From Nitrospirota bacterium (GTDB lineage Bacteria > Nitrospirota > JACRHJ01): DNA of 64,000 bases. The translations under genes and the position numbers were made by a program. Of the stretch, positions 55,942 through 64,000 are shown piece by piece (the stretch's first letter is position 1; each line of letters begins with the position of its first letter). The notes under the pieces are model-generated. The model was not told where the DNA came from. It did no database searches and saw only the letters and a list, made by a program, of their open reading frames with translations. The stretch lies in the NCBI GenBank assembly GCA_963733375.1, contig CAVTDB010000025.1:32001-96000 (forward strand). The letters are read 5' to 3'.

Positions 55942-57351
55942 ATGGTGCGCACAAAGGTGGTGGCGACGGTCGGCCCGGCGTCGGATAGCGAGGAGATGCT
56001 GCTGGAATTGATAGCCGCCGGGACGGATACGTTCCGGCTGAACATGTCGCATGGGGAGTTAGACGCTAAACGCGCGCTCATCAGGCGGATAAGGGAGCTT
56101 TCGAGATCGGGCAGGACGGAGCCGTTCTGTATCCTGGGGGACTTGGGCGGGCCTAAGGTGCGTGTCGGGAAACTGGCCGGCGGCAAGGTAAAGCTGGAAG
56201 AGGGCGCTACTGTTACCCTTACCTCGGAAGAGATGACCGGTGACGCCTTGCGGGTCCACGTGGGTTACGAAAAACTTGGCGCGGGCCTTAAGCGCGGCTC
56301 CCGCATTTTAATCGACGACGGGATGATGGAGCTTAAGGTAAGCGCGGCGAAAGTCGGAGAGGTGCGGGCGAAGGTCGTCAAGGGCGGTATGCTGCTGGAG
56401 CATAAGGGGGTAAACTTCCCCGGCATGCCGCTCGAGCTCCCGACGATGACGGAGAAGGATATCGAGGACTTAAAACTGCTGGTGGACGAGGGCGTCGATT
56501 ATATAGCGCTGTCTTTTGTCCGGAGGGCGTCCGACCCGCTCATGTTGAAGCGCAAAATTGCCGAGATGGGTTCCGACGTGCCTGTGATATCGAAGATCGA
56601 GAGGCCGGAGGCGCTTCGTGAGATCAAGGAGATAATAAAGAATTCCGACGCCATAATGGTGGCCAGAGGGGACCTTGGCGTTGAGATGCCGCTTGAGAAA
56701 GTGCCGTTCGTCCAGAAGAGGATAATCAGGCTCTGCCACGAGATGAAAAAGCCGGTCATCACCGCGACGCAGATGCTGGAGTCCATGATATGGAACCCCC
56801 GTCCCACCAGGGCCGAGGCCTCGGACGTGGCGGGCGCGGTCCTTGACGGCACGGACGCCCTGATGTTATCCGGCGAGACGGCCTCCGGGAAATACCCGAT
56901 AGCGGCGGCCGAGATGATGGCCCGGATAGCCGCCAATGCGGAAAACCACCTTTCCCCCGCCCATTACACCTCCGAACCCGGAGCCCCCGCGGAGGTGATC
57001 GCCATATCCGCGTGCCGGAGCGCGGACGCCCTCGGCGCGAAGGCCATAATCTGCTTCACCAGGAGCGGGGACACCGCGCTGCATATATCCAAGTACAGGC
57101 CGCGCACGGCCGTTATAGCCGCCACCCCTTCCGAGAGTACCTTCAGGAGGATGAGGCTCTATTTCGGAGTGATTTCCATGATAGTCCGGCAGGAGAGTAA
57201 CACGGACGCGATGATACGGGAGATGGAGCGGGCGGCGCTTAGCCGGGGGCTTGTGAAGCCTGGAGACGCCATCGTGGTAACCCTCGGGGTGCCTTACGGG
57301 TCCGGCACGAACCTTCTTAAGGTGCATCATGTCGGACAGTCCTGGGCATAA
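55942..57351 (+). CDS. pyk: Pyruvate kinase
   Basis: RTKVVATVGPAS, RLNMSHG, SKIE, MVARGDLGVE, TATQMLESM, PTRAE, MLSGETA. Confidence 0.98.
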   Translation: MVRTKVVATVGPASDSEEMLLELIAAGTDTFRLNMSHGELDAKRALIRRIRELSRSGRTEPFCILGDLGGPKVRVGKLAGGKVKLEEGATVTLTSEEMTGDALRVHVGYEKLGAGLKRGSRILIDDGMMELKVSAAKVGEVRAKVVKGGMLLEHKGVNFPGMPLELPTMTEKDIEDLKLLVDEGVDYIALSFVRRASDPLMLKRKIAEMGSDVPVISKIERPEALREIKEIIKNSDAIMVARGDLGVEMPLEKVPFVQKRIIRLCHEMKKPVITATQMLESMIWNPRPTRAEASDVAGAVLDGTDALMLSGETASGKYPIAAAEMMARIAANAENHLSPAHYTSEPGAPAEVIAISACRSADALGAKAIICFTRSGDTALHISKYRPRTAVIAATPSESTFRRMRLYFGVISMIVRQESNTDAMIREMERAALSRGLVKPGDAIVVTLGVPYGSGTNLLKVHHVGQSWA

Positions 57352-59796
57352 CAAAATAAAGGACGTCCTCACGCGGGTCGCCCCCTATCTGGGCGGCGCA
57401 CTTTTTTTAGTCGCCCTTTTCGTCCTTCGGCATACGCTCCGGAAATACCATTACCACGAGATAATCAGGCATATCAGAAATTTGCCGCCAGGGGACGTCC
57501 TCCTGGCCCTTGCCCTGACCGCCGCCGGCTACCTTGTGCTTACCGGCTACGACGCCATATCCATCCACTATATCCGCCGGACACTGCCGTACAGGAGGAC
57601 GGCGTTCGCTTCGTACGTGGCCTACGCCTTAAGCCACAGCATCGGCGTCTCCACCTTAAGCGGCGGCGGCGTCCGCTACAGGCTTTACTCCTCCTGGGGC
57701 CTCTCCGCGACCGATGTCGCCAAAGTCGTGATGTTCAACGGCATCACGTTCTGGACCGGGTTCTCTTTTGTCGGGGCGGCGATATTCATCCTCCGGCCGA
57801 TGCCCGTCCCGCCGGGACTACACCTGCCGATACCATCGGACTTCTATGTGGGGCTAATCTGCCTTCTTGCGGTCTCTTCGTACCTCTTCGTCTGCGCGTC
57901 AAGGAAAAAACCGGTAAAGATTTTCGGCCTGGAACTTCGGGTCCCCCCGCTCTCACTTTGCTTCGCCCAGATAACCATATCCTCCCTCGACTGGCTTATC
58001 GCGGGAAGCGTGCTGTTCGTGCTCCTCCGGCAGGACCTGCACCTGGGCTATCTCGATTTCATCGGCATATTTCTTTTCTCGCAGATCGCAGGTCTTGCAA
58101 GCCAGTCGCCGGGCGGCCTGGGCGTTTTCGAGGTGGTGGCGCTTATCATGCTCTCGCCGTACGCGCCGCCGTCCTCGGTCCTGGGCTCGCTCCTCGTGTT
58201 CCGCGGCGTGTACTACATCCTGCCGATGATTGCGGCAATCCTGATGCTGGGGGCGCAGGAGGCGCTACGGAAGAAGGAATTTTTCAAGACGGCCATGCTC
58301 TCCGCAAGCCGCGCCGCGCCGGTACTCGTGCCGGACTTGTCCGCGATAGCGGTATTCGTCGCGGGTGCGGTACTCCTTGTCTCCGGGGCGGCGCCGGCCA
58401 GGATGTCGAGGATGAGTACCCTGGCGGTTTTCCTGCCGCTGCCGGCGGTTGAGATCGCGCATATAATGGCGGGCCTAACCGGCATCGTTTTGCTTTTCCT
58501 GGCGAGGGGTCTCCAGAGGCGTGTAAAAAACGCCTATTCCCTGTCCGTGCTCGCCCTCACTTTCGGGATAGTCTTCTCCCTCATGCGGGCGTTCGATTTG
58601 GAAGAGGCGATATTCCTCCTTGTCATACTTGCGGGGCTCCTGCCGTTTTCAAGGCTTTTCTACAGGACCGAGCCGCTGAAGGCCCAGCAGTTATCGATGG
58701 GCTGGCTGATAGCGGCAGGGCTTACGGTCGCCTGCTCGGCCGGCGCGGGTGTTTTTATTTACAGACATGCCGAATATACCCGGGAGCTATGGTTTAAATT
58801 CGACTACTACGCGAACGCCGCCCGGTTCTTCCGCACCACCGTCGGCGCGGCGGCGGCCCTCCTCTTTATCGCCGCAAGGTCGCTAATCCGGCCGCCTCAG
58901 CCGAAAGTCGTCCTGCAGCGGCATGGATGACCTCCCGAAGACATTTAATATCGCCTGTTCTTCCGAGCAGCAGCTCTCATTTCTCGCCCTCCGGGAGGAC
59001 GTAAAATTCCTGACCGGAGAGAAGACGGATTCGTTCATGCCCGTCGCCCAGGGCGGGAAGTCGGCCGTCTGCCTCGGGGAACCCGTCGGGTCGCCGGGAG
59101 AAAGGGCGGAGCTTGCCTGGCGTTTCCTGGAGTACTGCGGCAAAAACGATATGAAATCCCTTTTCTACGACCTGCCCCCGGAAAACCTCCAGGTCTATCT
59201 GGACCTGGGACTCAGCTTGATAAAGGTATCCGAAGAGGCGAAGGCTCCGCTGGCGGATAGTCCGCAAGGCCTCATATACCCCGATGAAACGGGCTTATAT
59301 AATTTCAGGATGCTCCCGCCCGGTTCCGAGGCGGAAATTGCAGATCTCTCCCGCGGACAGGCTTCTTATAAAATCATTGCCGCTTGCGGTACTTCAAAGG
59401 GGCGGGGAGGTCTTGGCGCTTGCCCCGATATGGCAATGCGCGTCGCGTAAAGAGTTGTCCCCGGTATTCATCCGGACCGCGCCGGGGGCGAGGGAGGCGA
59501 TTAACCCGCTGATGGCGGGGCTGTTTGCCTGGGGCAAGAAGAACGGCCTCAAGTGGCTGAACTTGGGTACCGCGCCGCTGCCCGCGCCCAGGGTACGGGA
59601 CAACCCGGCCCTCGCGGAAGCCTTGCGCCGCCTGCCGTACACGCACCGCGAGCATTTTGATTCCGCTCTCGCGCTTCGGGAATTTAAGGAAAGTTTCAGG
59701 CCGGTCTGGGAGCCGAGGTTTATCGCCATCCCGCCCGGAGTTTCCTCGGAAGAGGCGGTCGAGGAAGTGAACAGGCTGACGAGCCGGACTTCATAG
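57329..59796 (+). CDS. mprF: MprF-like aminoacyl-phosphatidylglycerol flippase/synthase (frameshifts; divergent C-terminal domain)
   Basis: LTGYD, GGGVRYRLYSSWG, PGGLGVFE, LARGLQRR, GEPVG, YLDLGL, LGTAPL, FRPVWEPRF. Confidence 0.85.
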
Positions 59797-59900
59797 CCCT
59801 CTGTCCCCTGACTCAAGGCGCGCGCATTTGATCATCTTCGGCCCCTACGCGGCCGCAAGGGTGGCTTATCTTAATAGGGGGGAATGGAAATTTAACCATT

Positions 59901-60215
59901 ATGGGCGAGCAATTCATAAGCGAGGCGATTAAGCCGGTAACCGAGACGTGCGATTTCTCCAATGCCGCGCCGGGTGCGCCGTGCCTGCCGCGCGAGTTCA
60001 TATGGAGGAAAAAGAAGGTAGAGGTGCTTGCGGTAATCCGCACCTGGCGCGAGACCGGCCCCTGCCATCACGGAAGCCCCGAGATGTACGTCCGCAAGCA
60101 CTGGTATGAGATCGCGACTAATGAAGGAATAATGAAAATCTACTTCGAGCGCCAGCCGAGAAGAGGCAAGGCTCACAGCAAAGAGAGATGGTGGGTTTTC
60201 AGTATTATTTCTTGA
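59901..60215 (+). CDS. Small conserved hypothetical protein (DUF6504-like)
   Basis: PREFIWR...WRETGPC...YVRKHWY...IYFER...W pattern. Confidence 0.7.
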   Translation: MGEQFISEAIKPVTETCDFSNAAPGAPCLPREFIWRKKKVEVLAVIRTWRETGPCHHGSPEMYVRKHWYEIATNEGIMKIYFERQPRRGKAHSKERWWVFSIIS

Positions 60216-60296
60216 AAAAACGTTCTTTTCGTATATATTCAATATGAGAAGAAGAAAGACCCATCGCTCATCTTATAAAAAATTCCTGGATATTAA

Positions 60297-60725
60297 ATGT
60301 GCGAGAAACCTACAGATTTGAATAAAATTGAAAACGTTGAACTTTTGACCAATTTCTACGGCGTTTGGCCTTGTTTTCATGATGCAGAGGTAATTTCACT
60401 TCACCTCGATCGTTCCGGAGAAGAAGGCCCTTACCTAGAAGCAAAAGTTTATGTCTTTGACGCTACATCTGAAATTGATGATAAAGGATTTTTTATTTTA
60501 AAGAACAAAGCTCATGTCACGTTACGATTTACAAAAATAATTTTAGACCACATAAATGATTTTAATCATCAAAATGTTTTGTCCTCAATGGATATTAAAG
60601 AAATAAATTCCGCTAACCCTGAAGGAATGAATTACAATATTAAAATGGTCAATTGCTATGGCGGCGGTGTCTCATTGAATTGCCAAAAAATTAAAGTCCT
60701 TGACGTATCACCTTTCGTCAAATAA
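60297..60725 (+). CDS. Imm50-like immunity protein
   Basis: FYGVWPCFHDAEV, LRF, FNHQNVL motifs; AT-rich. Confidence 0.75.
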   Translation: MCEKPTDLNKIENVELLTNFYGVWPCFHDAEVISLHLDRSGEEGPYLEAKVYVFDATSEIDDKGFFILKNKAHVTLRFTKIILDHINDFNHQNVLSSMDIKEINSANPEGMNYNIKMVNCYGGGVSLNCQKIKVLDVSPFVK

Positions 60726-60769
60726 AGGGGGCAGCACATCGGCCGGCCCCTACCGTAGAAAATAGATAG

Positions 60770-61767
60770 TTATTTAATTTCCAGCATCCTGTCCAGCGCG
60801 CTTTTCGCCGGGATGCGTATCTCTTCCGGGACCTTCACTATGCAGTCCATATGCTCTAAAGTACGCAGCACGCTCTTGATGGTCGTCTTCTTCATGTTCG
60901 GGCAGAGCATGTCTTTGCGCAGGGGATAGAACGTCTTCTCCGGGCTGTCCTTCCTGAGGCGGTACATCAGCCCAAGCTCCGTGCCGATTATAAATTCCGT
61001 AGCACTCGGATTCCTTGCAGTACCTGAGCATCCCGGATGTGCTTGTCACGTAATCGGCCTCGTCCAGCACCTCCATCGGGCACTCCGGATGCGCAAGGAG
61101 CAGGGCGCCCGGGTGCTGCGCGCGCGCAGTCTGAACGTCTTCCAGGCTCACGCGGTCGTGGATATTGCAGAAGCCGTCCCAGGCGATTATCTCTTTGCTT
61201 GTGTTCTTCGCCGCCCAGGCGGCAAGGTTCTTGTCCGGGACGCAGATTACCCTGTCGCCATCCATCGACTCGACGACCTTCACCACGTTCGCCGAGGTAC
61301 AGCAGATGTCGCTTTCCGCCTTCACCGCCGCGGTGGTGTTGACGTAACTGACTACCGGCACGCCGGGATATTTTGCCTTGATGTCGCGCAGGTTGAAGTT
61401 CTTCCGGATACGTGTAGCAGAATTCCTTCTGCGTCCCCGGAAAGCGCGTGCCGTAAAAGCGCGGCCCTTCGACAGTCACCATATCCGCCATCGGGCATCC
61501 GGCGTCCGCCTCCGTTAGAAGCACCGTCTTGTCCGGCGAAAGGATGCTTGCGGACTCCGCCATGAAATGCACCCCGGCGAAAACAATCACGTCAAAATCC
61601 GTATTTGCCGCGATGCGGGAAAGCTCCAGGCTGTCGCCGGTATAGTCCGCGACCTCCTGCACCTCGTCCCGCTGATAATTGTGCGCGAGGATTACGGCGT
61701 TTCGCTCGGACTTCAACTTCGAAATCCGGGCAGCTATATCTTTAAATTCTGAAGAGCCGATAAGCAA
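60770..61767 (-). CDS. nadA: Quinolinate synthase (two frameshifts)
   Basis: [47 protein letters not shown]. Confidence 0.96.
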
Positions 61768-61785
61768 AGTCAACTCCTTAAGGTC

Positions 61786-61882
61786 CTTCTTTTCTTTCAG
61801 GTGAAAGAAAAGAAGCAAAAGAAAGCCGGGCCAAAAGGCCAGCTCAAAAGTTTTTGGTGTTACCTTTTTACAAAAAGGTAAC
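61786..61882. repeat. Bipartite AT-rich hairpin/mirror repeat, locus 5
   Basis: CTTCTTTTCTTTCA-GG-TGAAAGAAAAGAAG-CAAAAGAAAGC ... TTTTTGGT-GTTACCTTTTT-AC-AAAAAGGTAAC. Confidence 0.9.
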
Positions 61883-61905
61883 GGTTTATTATATTGAAGT
61901 TGACT

Positions 61906-62730
61906 TTACTCGACAAGAGAAATGTTGTTGCCGGAAACGGGGGTTTCGGTGAAGAGTATCGAGCCGTCTTTCAGCTCGACTTTATATATGGTTTTCGTGT
62001 AGCTCGTGCCGGTGACCGGGTTTTTGGAAAGCCGCATCACCTTGCGCACGTAGTTCTTCGTCTCCGGTATCGCGGGGACGCACATGCCGTTACGGATTAC
62101 CTTGCCCTCGCCGCAGTTATAGGCCGCGACGGAAAGCTCCACGTCGCCGTTGAAGCTCTTCAGCAGATAGCGCAGGTATCTTACCCCCCCGTCTATATTC
62201 TGCTCCGGGTCGAATATACTGCGTACGCCCATGTCGGCGGCGGTGGACGGCATAAGCTGCATAAGGCCGCGCGCGCCCTTCGGGGAGACGGCCTGCGGGT
62301 TGAAGTTGGACTCCGCCTTTATGATTGACTTGACCAGGCTGGGGTCCACATTATACTTGTCGCATTTCGCGCTGATTATCCCGGAAAAAGGCACATTGCT
62401 TAATGCGCCGCCCTCTACATAATAATTTTTCTCAGGCGCCCGCTTTATGCCGTCGGCGGATTTCGCCTTTTCCGGAGGCGTTGTCTTTGCCGTTTCCGTC
62501 CCGCTCTTATCTTCCGGGTGTTCCGGGGCAGCCTGGACGTGGGGTTTTTCCCGGACTACCGTCTCGATCCTGGTCTGGTTGCTCTTGGGTACGTTGGTGA
62601 AGACTATCGCGCCGTTCGCGTCTACGTATTTGTAGATGTCAGCGGAGGCCTCTGGTGATGCGGCGGCAAGCAGGACCGGCAGGATGACGGCCTGAAGCAT
62701 GAGAAATTTTTTGAAGTTGAATGAAGGCAT
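61906..62730 (-). CDS. Lytic transglycosylase (DUF4124 plus SLT)
   Basis: IYKYVDANG..FTN, AESNFN, GARGLMQLMP, AAYNCG, ETKNYV. Confidence 0.93.
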   Translation of the reverse strand: MPSFNFKKFLMLQAVILPVLLAAASPEASADIYKYVDANGAIVFTNVPKSNQTRIETVVREKPHVQAAPEHPEDKSGTETAKTTPPEKAKSADGIKRAPEKNYYVEGGALSNVPFSGIISAKCDKYNVDPSLVKSIIKAESNFNPQAVSPKGARGLMQLMPSTAADMGVRSIFDPEQNIDGGVRYLRYLLKSFNGDVELSVAAYNCGEGKVIRNGMCVPAIPETKNYVRKVMRLSKNPVTGTSYTKTIYKVELKDGSILFTETPVSGNNISLVE

Positions 62731-62872
62731 TATCCTCGTATAACTTGCGCAATGCCGAAAAACTCGCCCAAAACTCGCCCCTGAACTTGCCACGGGACAG
62801 TCACCTTTATATCAAAAAAAATGGCAAAAGTCAAGAAAACTGCGGTAACAAGCGGAAATAATTAGAGATATT

Positions 62873-63682
62873 TTAATTAACCCCCGCCTTCGCCCTTGGG
62901 TCCGCGATGGGTATCGCCTTCAGGAGGGCCCTGGTGTAAGGGTCTTTTGGGCTATTGTATATCGTCTCCGCGGCGCCCGACTCCACTATCTTGCCCCGGT
63001 TCATGACCGCGACCTTGTCGCAGAAGTACCGGACGATGTTCAAGTCGTGGGTGATGAACAGGAAGCTTAGGGAGAACTCGTCCTGGAGGTCCTTAAGGAG
63101 GTTTAAGACCTGCGCCTGGATGGAGACGTCCAGCGCGGAGAGGGGCTCGTCCGCGACGATAAGCTCAGGCTTCACGGAAATTGCCCTGGCGATGCCTATC
63201 CTCTGCCTCTGGCCGCCGGAGAACTCATGCGGGTATTTCCCTATCGCCTCGGGTCCGATGCCGACTTTTCTAAGTATCTCCGCCACGCGGTCCCGAAGTT
63301 CGCTCCCCCTGGCCAGCCCGCTGACAAAAAGCGGCTCGCCCACTATCTCCCCCACTTTCATCCGGGGGTTCAGCGAGGCGTACGGGTCCTGGAATATTAT
63401 CTGCATCCTGCGCCTTAGCTTCCTTAACTCCTCCCGGTCGGCAAGGGTGACGTCCGTGCCGTCGAAGATCACCGACCCTTCGGTCGGCTCGATAAGCCGA
63501 AGGACACACCTGCCCACGGTGGATTTGCCGGAGCCGGATTCGCCGACAAGGCCCAGCACCTCTCCCCTGTTAATCTCGAAATCGATGCCGTCAACGGCCT
63601 TGACCTGCGTTTTTTCGCCGAAAAAGCCCCTACTCGCAGAAAAATATTTTTTTAGGCCGCTGACCTTTAAAAGCGTTCCCAT
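62873..63682 (-). CDS. Peptide ABC transporter ATP-binding protein (OppF/DppF family)
   Basis: GESGSGKST, QIIFQDP, FSGGQRQR, VADEP, FITHDL. Confidence 0.95.
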   Translation of the reverse strand: MGTLLKVSGLKKYFSASRGFFGEKTQVKAVDGIDFEINRGEVLGLVGESGSGKSTVGRCVLRLIEPTEGSVIFDGTDVTLADREELRKLRRRMQIIFQDPYASLNPRMKVGEIVGEPLFVSGLARGSELRDRVAEILRKVGIGPEAIGKYPHEFSGGQRQRIGIARAISVKPELIVADEPLSALDVSIQAQVLNLLKDLQDEFSLSFLFITHDLNIVRYFCDKVAVMNRGKIVESGAAETIYNSPKDPYTRALLKAIPIADPRAKAGVN

Positions 63683-63773
63683 GGTTAAGCATTATCCATT
63701 AAAGAAGCCCGCCTGTCAATATCCTGCTCCTTTTCCTTGACATGGCATGCGCCCGCCCTTAATATCTCAGTAT

Positions 63774-64000
63774 ATGCTGAACCTGCTTGAGAAAATATAC
63801 GACCAGATAAAGAAGCTTTACGGGCCCAGGCATTTCGTGGCGCTGGTCGTCCTGATGTTCGTGGTCTCCGCCGCGGGGATAGCCATCGGCGTAAAGTACA
63901 CCCGCGTACATCCGGAAGGACCCCGAATACTGCAACAGCTGTCATCTTATGAAGGGGGTATTCTCCGAGTGGGCCTCAAGCGACCACAAGAGCGTCGCAT
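63774..64000 (+). CDS. Membrane-anchored c-type cytochrome, NapC/NirT-like N-terminus (partial, frameshifted; absent from the ORF track)
   Basis: MLNLLEKIYDQIKK, a TM segment, then in a shifted frame PEYCNSCHLMKGVFSEWASSDHKSVA (CxxCH); runs off the window. Confidence 0.7.
   Translation, partial: MLNLLEKIYDQIKKLYGPRHFVALVVLMFVVSAAGIAIGVKYTRVHPEGPRILQQLSSYEGGILRVGLKRPQERR

Overview
64 kb of GC-rich bacterial chromosome with mostly core genes. The gene content suggests Nitrospirota or a Desulfobacterota-like lineage (inference). It carries a full dcw cluster (mraZ to ftsZ, with an extra D,D-carboxypeptidase between mraY and murD), hflX, an orphan tupA-like gene, a nadB/HEAT/HD-GYP/TPR run, serS plus three tRNAs, moxR/DUF58/transglutaminase, hemG, a LonC-like protease, peptide ABC transporter parts, pyk, an mprF-like gene, nadA, a lytic transglycosylase and the start of a c-type cytochrome. 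Roughly 30 or more apparent frameshifts, many in essential genes, point to uncorrected long-read indels, so split ORFs were merged and their coordinates are approximate. No transposase, integrase, prophage or CRISPR array was seen. The most interesting signals are non-coding: (1) an AT-rich intergenic repeat family at five loci, where a hairpin and a mirror-repeat tail co-vary as expected for an intramolecular triplex; (2) a structured 5' leader with competing terminator and antiterminator stems (riboswitch candidate) upstream of an uncharacterised exported protein; (3) seven apparently leaderless genes, six of them in three divergent pairs; (4) a probable AUA start codon for hflX.
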